DNA from: Paraspadella gotoi
Lineage: Eukaryota > Animalia > Chaetognatha
Assembly (NCBI GenBank): GCA_051294375.1
Contig: CM119264.1
Coordinates: forward strand, 4,615,352-4,679,351
Direction: 5' to 3'
Length of the DNA stretch: 64,000 nt
Shown: positions 1 to 12,045 of the stretch, one piece after another
How the letters are laid out: the number at the start of each line of letters is the position of its first letter
Position numbering within the stretch: position 1 is the first letter of the stretch
Position numbers and translations under genes: made by a program
The notes under the pieces: model-generated
Databases searched by the model: none
Told to the model about the DNA's origin: nothing
Seen by the model: only the letters and a program-made list of their open reading frames with translations

Positions 1-203
1 TGATGCGAGTTAAAAAAATGATGCGAATTGTAAAAATGATATTATGTGCTTGGAAAAAATTATGCAAGTTGAAAAAATTATGCGAGTTAAAAAAATGATG
101 CGAGTTAAAAAAAATATTAAAAAATATTGTGATTTATCATCTGATTAGCAGATTACCGCTTAATTATTGTAGGCAGATCCGACATTGTTTGCTCAAACTT
201 GTT
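1..203 (+). mobile_element. 3' end of DINE-1/HINE-like non-autonomous element (family A) preceded by ~19-bp minisatellite
   Basis: GCAGATCCGAC (173-183) + ATTGTTTGCTCAAACTTGTT is identical to the 3' end at 4419-4449; upstream lie tandem TGATGCGAGTTAAAAAAAA-like units (1-115). Confidence 0.6.
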
Positions 204-270
204 TAAACCAGTTCAGGATGATTCATTACAACAAAAACACATTATGGCTTGTTAAGTTTTATTTCATTTT

Positions 271-306
<36 letters not shown>

Positions 307-388
307 GAACCATTTTATTTACTGAACAACACAGACAGATAGACATTCTGAAAGAAAGGATATATTTTAAATCATAGCTTTAATTTAC

Positions 389-920
389 CTGATCTTCTTC
401 GTTCCCAAAAGTTAAACGTTTTAATGTCAAACTCGCGCGGAAGACAGATGCTTTCCAACTCAGCCGTCCACAGGATAAAAGTCAGAGCAGATTGTAATAC
501 AATTTGAGGATAAGATTCCAAGAAGATTTGAATTTGATTTGTTGTTTCTAGGTAAACTTTCTTCTTATTGATAAATATTTGGTTTTGATGAGTAACCGTC
601 TGATATGTTTCGTCCAGATTCAAATCCAAATGAATTGGTATTGAACCGATTCCAAACAAACAGAAAAATAAAGTTGTCACTTTTCTCCACTTCGTACACA
701 TAATTCTAGGATACAAGCTTTTATTTTTGGTCAAGACAAAAACAACATATACTGTAGAAATCATGTTATGCAATGCAAGTACTGTGACAAGGGCCCAGCC
801 AAATTTTTGTCGGATGCTCAATTTTGATTTTAAAAATTGTTTCGCGACTCTGAAATCGCTGCCCACATCAAAAATGTTCAAAGCTGCGCTGATGAGAACT
901 AGGATGCTAAAGTCAATCAT
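389..920 (-). CDS. XK-related (XKR) membrane protein, first coding exon/fragment
   Basis: Within ORF 372..1025: ATG at 920 (MIDFSILVL), ALNIFDVGSD, hydrophobic segments and QIFLESYPQIVLQ matching the XK-family FLES.PQ..LQ motif; candidate donor CAG|GTAAAT at 389/388. Confidence 0.7.
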
Positions 921-2489
921 TGTCCTCTTAGACTTGGACAAAGTTTCAAACTTGAAAAGAAAAATAAAGAGAAGTGGTGGCATTCTGTCTGTCGGTCGGA
1001 CTGTCAGTCTGTCTGGCGTTCGCACTCACATTTTAAATGTATATAGCTCATATAAAAAAGAGTTATGTGATCATCTAATTATTAAAATTAACAAGTAAAG
1101 ATTAATTAATATAAATGTTTGTTGCACAAAGCACATATGATGTTGTCATTTTATCAACTAGAAATATAATCGACGGGCTAAAATGCCAAAACCAATGCAT
1201 AATAATAACAGTAAATTACTAAAACACTAACTTTTTTTAATTATTAGATTAATCAGAAAGTACCACCTCTAAGAAGTTATAGGAAAATGCGCCCCAAAAT
1301 GAGTGGAATAAAAAATGTCAAGATTATATAGCATTCGAATGGTGGCCCCACCCATCGGTGGAAGCAGCAGAAGAGAAAAGGAAAAGGATTTCAACAATTG
1401 GTTTCAGAAATAAAAATGAAAGTGGATGTACCGACAAACTACAATGCAATCGAAAGTAAATGCTTTTTGGACTTTTGAGGCCATTATCTTATTTAATAAT
1501 TTCTTAACGAATATTAATATCACTAGCGGTGTTGCGGATTTTTCTCTCATAAAGCAGATGCTATACGGGGTTTTATAGACATTTTAAAGACATTAATATT
1601 AATAGACATTAATAGAAATGATTTGACATTGATAAAAATTGGAATAAATGTATTTAGACAGAGGTGAGGTAAAATGAGAACAAACGAGGACAAATGTGGA
1701 TAAACGAGGACCAGCACTTAAATCTAAAGAGAATTTAATTATAAATTTCACAAAATAATTTAAAAAATTCAACAAAAATATTACCTCCTGGATGCATCAT
1801 ATAATTAAAAAAAAACCTTAGTTTCCATAAGTTTCAATCTCTTAAATAATACTTTTAATCAATAGGAAACTAGGACTGAGGTTAGCAAAAATATTGAAAA
1901 CTTTAAGCAACCGGAATGCAGGAAATTATTATGGTCACAAGTTTGTTTTCCCAAATCGAAGGGAATCATTTAAATATCTCAAACAATCAGGATAGTAAGA
2001 AAAGTTGGCTCCGTTTTCCCATTTCTGTTCCTAAACTGTGATCTTAATTTAAACCTTAATATCTAATACTAATCTCTCACCAAATATTTAACCCAATCCT
2101 TAATTCTAATCTTAATCCAAATCTCCAACCTTAATCCTCAACCCTAATCTCCAACCTAATATCTATGTCTAATCCCTAAGTACTTAAATTTAAAACTTGA
2201 ACAATAAATTAATTCTAAATTTAATCTGAAATGGGGTTCTTTTAGGAAGTTGGGCCAAAAAGTTAGCACTGTCTTCCAAAAACGGCCCCTTTTTGTTACT
2301 TATCTGTAAACTTAATTTTAACTAATCTCTTACCATATATATCTAATTTCATCTCAATTTCATTTCAAAAATAAAATATTTTCAAGTTAAAGTATGTATT
2401 TCTTTCCGAGTACCCTGGTAGAAATGCAATCATCTCAGATATAAAAGTAAAAACGAAAACAGAGGAAATAACACTTGAGATGATTGCAT

Positions 2490-2532
<43 letters not shown>

Positions 2533-3028
2533 AGAGATTAATCTGTAAAAATGTTTATGTTATATCTTAGAAGGGAAATAAATGGCTTTCTCCCAAAGGG
2601 TAACGTGTCAAAGAGGATTGGGTGAGATGAAGAAAGAGAGAGAGAGATCGAAAGAGAGATATTAATTTTGTAAATTCAAAACTAATCTAAAGCACAAAAG
2701 ATATTCTATTCCCGAAATTAGATGAAGACGACTTTTTTAGTCGGATCTGCTTATCAGCAGATTCCGACTCTATAATTCACTTTGTCGGTCCGTCGGTCCC
2801 ACCCCAAAATAATGTCGGTAAATCATTATTATCATATTAGAACTTCGAATTATGATAAATTATGCTAGAGATGAAACGAAAAATTCGTTGTAATAGCAAT
2901 TTTATTTTTATTAATGTACATGTTTCGACTCTTAGTTTTTGCGAGTCTTCATCAGCAAGTGAATTCAATAGACCAATAATTTTTAACATTAGTTTGAATT
3001 TGGGCAAAATTAGTTTGAACATTAGTTT

Positions 3029-3059
<31 letters not shown>

Positions 3060-3155
3060 TTTCCAACAAAGAATTGAGCAAGGATAGTGGTCAGATGTGA
3101 GGACAGGTGAAAGTAGGGAAAGAGAGAGTAAATGATTTTTGAAATTGGTGAAAAG

Positions 3156-3197
<42 letters not shown>

Positions 3198-3431
3198 AGG
3201 GATCAATACATTAGGCAATGTACAACAGTGAAAAATTTTTTAGAAAAACTAAATATTTATGCAAATTATGCAAAAAAAATGATTTTCGTCCGTTCGTTCG
3301 TCCGTCTGTCCGTCCGTCCGTCCGTCTGTCCGTCCGTCCGTCCATCCGTCCATCTGTCCATCCATCCGTCCGTCTGTCCGTCCCCCCTTAGCAAAAAACT
3401 CTAATTACTCGTGATTTGATGGATGGATTGC

Positions 3432-3870
3432 TATGAAATTTTGTGTGTGGGTAGGAAACTGTGTGATTGAGATGGATATTAAGTTTCGATGGAATCGTGC
3501 GAGTGGAAATTGGATTAAATGGAAAAAACAAAAAAGTCTATTTCACTATTTGAACGCCATTTGCTCATGAGTGGATAAGGCAATTGACTTGAAATTTTGT
3601 ATGATGGTAGGATAGTGTGTGATTGAGCTGTATATAAAGTTTCGATGGAATCGTGCGAGTGGAAATGAGTTAAAATGGAAAAAGCAAAAGTCATATTTTC
3701 TTGAAGTATTTTTACTTAAATTTACTCATAATTATTATGTTTATTAAAATTTGGATAGATAAATTGAAATGGAATTTTGTGTGTGGGTAGGAAAGTATGT
3801 GATAAAGCTGGATATAAATTTTTTGATGGAATCGTAAGAGCGGAAAAGAGTTAAATTAGAAAACCAAATG
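3432..3870. repeat. Three diverged ~100-bp direct repeats spaced ~160-180 bp
   Basis: GAAATTTTGTGTGTGGGTAGGA...GATGGAATCGTGCGAGTGGAAA recurs at ~3434, ~3591 and ~3772. Confidence 0.8.
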
Positions 3871-3927
3871 ACACATTTATTTGAATTTTTTAAAGTTTCT
3901 CTCTCTCTATCTCTCTCTGATTGATTG

Positions 3928-3956
<29 letters not shown>

Positions 3957-3961
<5 letters not shown>

Positions 3962-4392
3962 CCAAATTATGCCAATGACAAAAATATGCCAGTTGACCAC
4001 ATTCTGCAAGTTGACCAAATTCTGCAAGTTGACCAAATTATGCCAGTTGACCAATTATGCCAGTAGACCAAATTATTCCTGTTGACCAAATTATGCCAGT
4101 TGACCAAATTATGCCAGTTGACCAAATTATCCAGTTGATAAAATTATGCCATTTGACCAAATTATGCCGGTGGACCAAATTATGTTAATTGACAAATTAT
4201 GTCAGTTGACCAAATTATGTCAGTTGAACAAATTATGTCAGTTAACCAAATATGTCAGTTAAACAAATTAAGTCAGTTGACCAAATTATGTCAGTTTACC
4301 AATTATGTTAGTTAACCAAATTATGTCAGTTGACCAAATTATGCCAGTTGACCAAATAATGCAAGTTGATTAAATTATGCAAGTTGACCAAG
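3957..4392. repeat. 18-bp minisatellite (GTTGACCAAATTATGCCA)n, ~24 units
   Basis: Head-to-tail units with period 18 (e.g. 4081, 4099, 4117); no spacers. Confidence 0.95.
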
Positions 4393-4498
4393 TTAGCTTA
4401 TTACCTCCTAATTTGTCGGCAGATCCGACATTGTTTGCTCAAACTTGTTAAGATTTTCATAAATTCCGAACAAATCGGAAATCGACTTTTGCAGCCTG

Positions 4499-4839
4499 TG
4501 TGAAATGTTTGTTTTCTCGCTAGCGGAGACGGCATCCAAACGTCTCCCGTTTCTGACTGTTTTAACGTGGGTTTTGAGAGTAATATGACGTTTTTGTATT
4601 GAACGAGAAACTTTAATGGTTTATCACACCGAAAACCCGTAAAAACGGGATTCAAAACAGGCAGACGTTTCAGCTTGAGTCTAAAAACAGGACTGAAAAA
4701 TATTATTATTTCCCTCCAAAAATCGACTAATAAAATACGGTGAAAATGTGGACCGGCCAGACTAAAATGACCGGTCAAACTCGCGTACTAAGAATTTGAG
4801 GGAACGAGGGAGAGAAAGAAAGAGACAGCATTTTTCTCA
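4499..4839 (-). repeat. 3' LTR
   Basis: Identical to 6069-6409 except position 4501; preceded on the minus strand by a PPT. Confidence 0.8.
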
Positions 4840-5031
4840 CCCCCCTGGTCAATAAGTAGTATTGACAAAAAAGTAAAATTATATATTTAAAAACAAGTGT
4901 AAAAGGATTCAATCATTAAGTATGTTTGAATATTTGTATATTGAGTATATAAACTAATCCTGATGATATTTATGATTTTAAAAAAAATATATGAGTTGCA
5001 CCATTTTCAAATGGTGGGAAAAGGTTAAGCG

Positions 5032-6003
5032 TTACGGTGTCGGCTTCGTTTCACAGAACACCGCCGTTGTCGTTTTGTTTGGATCGAGAAAGCCGGATTC
5101 TTCGCCAATGTCAACGTTTGATGCCTTTGTAGTGAAGGAATCGGGAAAGGTCTTTGAATTGGGCGTAGATTTTTCATCATGTATTGGCCGATGGGAAGTC
5201 ACCTGCAGGCCCACGAACGAGTCATGAAGAGTTAGATGATGCCGCCCATTGCAAACTAAACAGCGGCAAAAAGAGCGGCATTGATTAGCGTGATGCCCGA
5301 GCTTCAAGCATCGTAAGCACAAGTTATTGTTCAAGGCATAAAGTCTTTTTTGGCTGGCATCAAGACTACGGAATGAGATGCAGAAGGACAATCGATGATC
5401 TTTGTTGCAATAGTGACAAAGCATATTGGATGAATGCGGCAAGCCATGCGGCTGCATTGGTTGCAGACCGGGCGCCGCATGTGTTCTTCGCTGAGGCGAT
5501 TTTCGATTCTTTGACATTTTGGTACGGACCCTTTGCGGAGATAGCTGTTCGTTTTGAACTTCCGAATCCTCCGATGATGTTGGCAGATGGAATGAAGAAA
5601 CTCGAGTTTGCTCCTCCGCTAAAAGATCTTTTGTTGAATTGAGCTCAAGTTTCATCGCGCTCAATTCATCCTCTTTTGATTTTAAAACGTTCAAAAAGGT
5701 TTCGTCATTTATTTTTTTCAAGGTCGTTTCATTAATGGCGCTGGTTTCTAAAAATTGTATTTCGAGTTTTTGATGCTGATCATCGATGGTCTTTTTCAAT
5801 TCACCGGTGATCCATTTCACGGTCCACTCCATTAACGCTTTAAAATCGCTTCTTAAGATTTCAAGATCTTTGAGAACCTCCTCTTTGAATGCGGCGTTGG
5901 ATAGAGGGTAGTAAAGTTTTTTGTTTGGAGTTGAAGATTGCGTTGTTGCTCCCGACTTTTTTGCGGGAAAGATCGACGGTATGGTGATCGGTTTTGAATT
6001 CAT
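5032..6003 (-). CDS. Gag-like nucleocapsid protein (323 aa): coiled-coil N-terminus plus BEL/Pao triple zinc knuckle
   Basis: CHYCNKDHRLSFC / CLRCLKLGHHANQC / CLVCNGRHHLTLH is the three-knuckle arrangement typical of BEL/Pao gag; intact ATG to TAA. Confidence 0.85.
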   Translation of the reverse strand: MNSKPITIPSIFPAKKSGATTQSSTPNKKLYYPLSNAAFKEEVLKDLEILRSDFKALMEWTVKWITGELKKTIDDQHQKLEIQFLETSAINETTLKKINDETFLNVLKSKEDELSAMKLELNSTKDLLAEEQTRVSSFHLPTSSEDSEVQNEQLSPQRVRTKMSKNRKSPQRRTHAAPGLQPMQPHGLPHSSNMLCHYCNKDHRLSFCISFRSLDASQKRLYALNNNLCLRCLKLGHHANQCRSFCRCLVCNGRHHLTLHDSFVGLQVTSHRPIHDEKSTPNSKTFPDSFTTKASNVDIGEESGFLDPNKTTTAVFCETKPTP

Positions 6004-6068
6004 TATTTAGTTTATTTGAAAAGATTTTTAGGATGTCGATTCCACGTAGCTATTTCCCGTTTTTAAGT

Positions 6069-6409
6069 TGAGAAATGTTTGTTTTCTCGCTAGCGGAGAC
6101 GGCATCCAAACGTCTCCCGTTTCTGACTGTTTTAACGTGGGTTTTGAGAGTAATATGACGTTTTTGTATTGAACGAGAAACTTTAATGGTTTATCACACC
6201 GAAAACCCGTAAAAACGGGATTCAAAACAGGCAGACGTTTCAGCTTGAGTCTAAAAACAGGACTGAAAAATATTATTATTTCCCTCCAAAAATCGACTAA
6301 TAAAATACGGTGAAAATGTGGACCGGCCAGACTAAAATGACCGGTCAAACTCGCGTACTAAGAATTTGAGGGAACGAGGGAGAGAAAGAAAGAGACAGCA
6401 TTTTTCTCA
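6069..6409 (-). repeat. 5' LTR
   Basis: Direct repeat of 4499-4839 with TGAGAAA...TTTCTCA terminal inverted motif. Confidence 0.8.
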
Positions 6410-6718
6410 CAGACACACCCATTTCTTTACAGCGACGAAGACGAACGAATCTCTTTCAGTGACGTTTATTTTCTTCAAAACCTCCAATCGCCCGTCAAAA
6501 TGTTTTGACATGAATTTAACTGAACATTTAAAGGGAAAAGTCGCTTCAAATATTTAGACAATTTAATTATTAAAACTCCATCAAAAAATCGTTTGCTCCG
6601 GGCAAAACAGAGTTTGTAAGATTTCTAGCAAAAACTAGAGATAAAACGATTTCTCTCTCAGAAAATGGGCTTCAGCTGAAAACCCGCAAAGAAATATTTG
6701 CCCATAAAAATAATTAAA

Positions 6719-6853
6719 ATGGTGAACGATAAAGTATTGATGGAGATTTTGAGCTGTGTCCCACGTCGTGAGATCGTCGGCCCAAGTGTTCTCAGCGCGA
6801 GGTCAGTGGCTAAAAAACAACCAGTTACCAGGGTGGCAAGAGACGTGATCTAG
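6719..6853 (+). CDS. Possible F-box-like micro-ORF/first exon
   Basis: MVNDKVLMEILSCVPRREIV resembles the F-box consensus; possible donor AG|GTCAGT at ~6801. Confidence 0.25.
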   Translation: MVNDKVLMEILSCVPRREIVGPSVLSARSVAKKQPVTRVARDVI

Positions 6854-7700
6854 GGCTTTTACAATCATTTATAGTTTGAATATTGAATCTTTTTAATTCA
6901 TTAAATATGAAGACGCTAAAGATTTTATTGCGGCGTAAAAGATCGACGACCGTGTAATCAGACCATTTGGTTCTTTTGATCACGAAAACGTAGACGATGC
7001 CTCCGGGTTACGTTTTGGAAAAGAGTTCCATGGGTAAACTATAAAATATCAGACACTATGTTAGTATTTAGTACAAATTTAGTGAAATTTAAGAAAAAGT
7101 AAGAAATTTTTTTACTGCTTTGGTTAATTTAGAAAATTTAACATTTTTTCTTCCCGTTTCTCAAATGGCTATTACTTTGTTTAATATTTAGTTTAAAATT
7201 TATTTGTTTAGTTCCTTAGTTCCGAATCCTTAGCCCTTTTTTTGGCCTTTGTTCTCTCTTTTTTTCTACTGCGACTTTTGTTGGTGGCTTCTCTCGCTGA
7301 AAGGGGAAAGAAAGATTAGACAAGTGATCAGCCCGCAATTATCTTTGCCTCTGCCTCCATTTTTCTCTCGTTCAACCTCCTTTGTCTTTTTCCCCTTGAT
7401 TTTGCCAAGTTTTAGTTTTTTACTTGAGTCGAGATACTTTTTTTTTCTGAGCTCTCTCTCTCCCTATCTCCCCATTTCAATTCGCCATCATCGTTTCCAC
7501 TCTCAAACTCCTCTCCACCTTTAAAAACTTCCCATTTGAGAGTCGAAGTCATCAAGAGTCCAAAGTCAGTTTTTCCGGAAATTCGTTGTTCGTCCTCGAC
7601 GAGGATTCGGTCTCTCGGCTCCGTTCTACTACTCGGCCATTTCCGGTTTGAAAGGGATTTATGACACCAAAAATAACTGGTTCGGAAGGATAGATGGTTC

Positions 7701-7702
<2 letters not shown>

Positions 7703-7797
<95 letters not shown>
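7703..7797. repeat. (CT)n microsatellite, representative of many (GA/CT)n tracts
   Basis: Perfect dinucleotide run; similar tracts at ~274, 2493, 10037, 10680, 44993, 48265, 52727, 57966 and 60373. Confidence 0.95.
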
Positions 7798-7799
<2 letters not shown>

Positions 7800-8934
7800 A
7801 TTCATGGAGCCGGTGTCTTAATGTCCCGAAGTAACGAGTTGGCGCTGAAATTGATCGGGGCGTCAGGACGAGAAAGACTTCGCTTCTTTCCTTTCATCTC
7901 AGAGTCAGAGACTCGACGTTAGTCTTTTGTTGAGCCAGATTTTCTTCCCGCGAAGGGAGAAGCGACCTCTGCGTAGGAAAAGATAACAAAACACTGTTTT
8001 TCTCCACTACGAAAACAACAACAACGACAACGACAAAATGAATCAATTTTATTAAATTCAGACTTTTTCGCTGTAGTTATTCGACTGCAAGTCAAAAATT
8101 AATTTAGAAAAAAAAATAAAATTCTAGCGAATTTTCTTTTTTTTTTTTCGCTGTCTGCTTCGCGACAAAGACTTCGATCTTCCTCACCGACGACGATGAT
8201 GACGACGAAGATGAAAAAGACGATGACGAAGATGAATGCGGCGACAGCGGCTGCGGCAGCGGTAGCGGCTGTGGCAGCGTCCGAGTCGCAATGATTAGAC
8301 AGAGCCACCGCCACTAAAGCGCCCGCTCGATTACAACCAATGAGACCAGTTAAACCTTGAGTATCTGCAAATCAACTATGATTATTATTATCTATAATCC
8401 ACTCTCTACTATTATATCTATTATCTATTCCAATCTACATAATTTCTCCAAGGCTCTCAAAGTCAAATGGCCCAGATGCTCGTCGACTTATGCTTTTCGC
8501 TTTCGCCTTTCGCTTCAAGTTACAAGAACCCAGAATAGCAGCTTGTCGATTTATTATTGTTAGCCTGATAGCCTCGAGAGTCTCCTAATATTTCTGCCAG
8601 CATCTCTATTCTAGCCCCTTGGAGTTTCGTAAACCGACAAACCGACAAACCGACAAACCGACAAACCGACAAACCGACTACTTGATGATTCAAAGTCTCA
8701 AGTCTCGCATCCCCTTGAGACGAACCGCAAACTTTTCGATCCTCGACGCCGAAAATTCGTTTTTCTTTCTTCGTCTGCGTCGTCGACGGACTGCTTGGTG
8801 CAGGGTGGGTCAACGGGAGATCGAAACCCCCTCGACACACGTGGTGGTCGAGACGAGATGACAGATGGAAGGTGAGGTAGATTATCAGTAACCTGTCTAA
8901 AAACGATCTTGGATAGCATGATTTTATAATTAAG

Positions 8935-9105
8935 ATTTGAAGGTTTTAAGATTTAAAGTTTTTATAATTTAAAGATTTTAAGATTTAGAGATTTAGAGAT
9001 TTAAAGATTTAAACTTAAAGATTTAAAGATTTTATAATTTTAAGATTTTAAGATTTTAAGATTTTAAGATTTTAAGATTTTAATATTTTAAGATTATAAG
9101 ATTCT
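8935..9105. repeat. (AAGATTTT)n 8-bp tandem repeat
   Basis: Direct inspection; an (AAACCGAC)n 8-mer array lies nearby at 8631-8679. Confidence 0.9.
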
Positions 9106-10033
9106 ACAAGATATCACACTTTTTAAATCTTTCTCGTATGAAATTTAAAACGACTGAGAGACTGAATCAGAGGACTTTTCCCCTTGTTTAGGACCTGGCA
9201 ACAATCGACGATAATGAGGAGGAGGAGGAGGAGGAGGAGGAGGAGGAGGAGGAGGAAGATTATATCTCTGACGTTAAAGAAGCTGACGAGAAAGTTGAAA
9301 GTTGAAACAAAGAAGATGATGATAATGATTGATGACAGTGATAATGATGAGGGTGTTGATGTTGATGTTGATGATGATGATGATGACGGTGATGATGATG
9401 ATGATGATTAGGATGATGATGATGATGATGAAGATGATTTTGATGATGAGGATGATGATTCTAATGATGATGATGATCATGATGATCATGATGATCATGT
9501 AACGATCGGAGTGACGTGGAGAACGACGACGGACGACGACGACGACGACAACAACAACAACAACAACAACAACAAGAATGTCGATCATCGAAAAATGAAA
9601 AGGATGAAGAGGAGAAAATATGAAGTCATTTATATGCGGATGAACCGCGGGAGGAAAAAGGCGACGCCGCTGAAAATGGCGCCGCGGGGAGGTGGAACGA
9701 GGGGGGGAAGCGCCGCCCGACGCCGCCGGGCGATCGCGGCGCCGCTAGCGGAATCGGCAGGAAGCTGAAGGGAAAAAAAAGAAAAACGATAAAGAAAAAA
9801 GAATGAAAAATATAAAAGGAAATTATAGTGGACTTGGACGGACAAAGGGGCAGACAGATCTACGTACAATGTCAATTTAGAGTGCTAGATATAGTGGGAT
9901 GAAATGTATTTTGTACATATCAATAGTTTATGCCTTACAACAACTATGCATTACACATTTTTTTTGACAAAGTGAAATTTTTTGTTCTGGAAAGATCGAG
10001 ATTTTGAAGCGGAACTTTGGATTCGATTCCTCA

Positions 10034-10148
<115 letters not shown>

Positions 10149-10676
10149 AGAGAGAAAATAAGGGCGCAATATTTTCGAAGTCTCCATTTGGGCGTGAAAT
10201 TGAAATGTCTCTGGTTGAAGAAAAAAAAACGAGGACTTTTTTAAAAAAATGGGGATTTTTTCTTCTTTTAAAAAGAGATTCATCGGGAGTCGTTGTTGTT
10301 GTTGTTGCCTCATAGTTTTAAGTTACCTTCGTCTCTTTGTTATTTCGTTTATTTTCTTTTACTTTTCTTTTCGCCGAGATTTTTTGCCTTCGTCCCATTG
10401 CGAGTTTCCTCTGCTCAGGTCACCTCACAGGCTCACATCGATACCGACCCACATTTTTTCGTTTTCCTACTATATTTTTTTTTTAATGTTTGTTTGTATC
10501 ATTGCAAAATGTATCGCCTTTCATCTATCAGCAGTCAGTCTGTCAGTCTGTCTGTCATCTAACCCCCCACCTTTCTCTGCCTCAACAACCCCCTGTCACC
10601 TTTAGATCTCATAACGAAAATCATATTCATTAAACGAGGAAGATAATTTGGCTTCTGCAGGGAAGAAAGAGAGAAG

Positions 10677-10756
<80 letters not shown>

Positions 10757-10844
10757 AGAGATAGCGGAAATAAATATTAAGAAAGGCATCCCATTGAGAC
10801 GCGCATTGGAATTGTTGATTATTTAGAGACCTGAGCGCCGGAAA

Positions 10845-10928
10845 GACGCGGCGCCATGAGTGCCACGCCGTGCTGGATGGTGCCACGCGGCGCCAAGGAG
10901 TGCCACGCGGCGCCAATTGATGCCAAGA
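10845..10928. repeat. GC-rich ~20-bp tandem repeat (GTGCCACGCGGCGCCAAGGA) x~4
   Basis: Direct inspection; repeated in the duplicate at ~26345-26422. Confidence 0.8.
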
Positions 10929-11397
10929 GACGGAAAGGCATCATCTAAAAATAGGCATCGAATCTTTAGTATCTATAAAAAAATTTTAAAAAATTGCAAA
11001 ATTACTTATTAGAATAAATTAGACATAAATTTTAAAATGTATATAAGAGTTTAGTATATTTCACATAAGTATTTCATATTTCATTTCATATTTAATAGTG
11101 ATATGGGGAAAGGGATGTTAGTGTTGTCTCCTGAAAACTAAAGGTTAAAAATCAATTTATGCCCGAGTTTTCTAATAAGTTATTAGTCAACACTTTTGTT
11201 AGGAAGTCATTTATTGAAAAATCAAAATATATCTAAAAGTGTGATCAGAATGGAGTGGAGGGGATAATTCTTTATGGGATGAAGGTTATTAATGATTCGT
11301 TATTGTTGAGGGTTAAGACTACTAAGAGAAAAGATTCTCTTTTTAAAAAATAGAATTATAAAAATGTGGAGGTAATTAAACAGTAAAATGATTGTGG

Positions 11398-11466
<69 letters not shown>

Positions 11467-12045
11467 CATTCATCAGCGAAGAAGTGAGATCGTCGACGTT
11501 GGATCTAATCGCTTTTCCTTCGCACGTTGGGACCGAAACTAGGAAATCGCGTTAATGAAAAAAGATTAACTGGTGAAAAAATGGAGCAAACAATTTTGTG
11601 CTTAAGTTTTTCGGACGAGCATTATAAATTGTGATAAGCATGGAGCCTGTTATTTTCGTTTTGATTTCTGTACTTAAAAAGGTAGACTAACGAAGAAGAT
11701 AATCAATTTCTTAAATTTAAAGTATTTTCCGACAAAAATGCAGTTTTTTTTCCAAATTGCGCGATTTTAAAACTTTTGTTTTCAATCGCGAGTTTGAAAA
11801 TCCTCGAAGAACACAGTGCGCACGATGTTGAAGAGCAAGGGAATTCTTACTAAACAAAAGACCACGTCGGAATCAATGACTATTCCGCAAAGCATCGCTT
11901 TTTTTTTCTTCTTAATGCGGCTCTACTTTACCTTGTCATTTTACTTACTCGAAAATAATAAATCCACAAGAGCTTAAATCTACATTTCCACCAGATTTTA
12001 TTGACGAATCCACAAAAGTTTGTTCCTCACACAAAAGTTTGTTCC

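Larger units (their letters stand above)
2733..4449 (+). mobile_element. DINE-1/HINE-like (Helentron-associated) non-autonomous element, family A, with internal repeats
   Basis: 5' TTTTTTA-GTCGGATCTGC (2740-2750), its internal inverted copy GCAGATTCCGAC + TCTATA, GTCG/GTCC microsatellites (2784-2799, 3287-3382); 3' sub-terminal IR GCAGATCCGAC (4419-4429), hairpin GTTTG-CT-CAAAC and terminal CTTGTT. May include nested elements. Confidence 0.6.
4499..6409 (-). mobile_element. Non-autonomous gag-only LTR retroelement (BEL/Pao-type gag)
   Basis: 341-bp direct repeats 4499-4839 and 6069-6409 (one visible mismatch, 4501/6071) with TG(A/T)GAAA...TTTCTCA termini; polypurine tract AGGGGGG (minus strand, 4846-4840) abuts the 3' LTR; one internal ORF; no pol. 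Confidence 0.8.

Noticed and set aside
3957-4392. CRISPR-like array
   Set aside because: Units are head-to-tail with no unique spacers, there are no cas genes, and the context is eukaryotic; it is a minisatellite. The same applies to 43368-43450.
4401-4778. Duplicated ORFs 4401..4778 and 6028..6348 as a gene pair
   Set aside because: Non-ATG starts lying within the two LTRs; their identity simply reflects the repeat.
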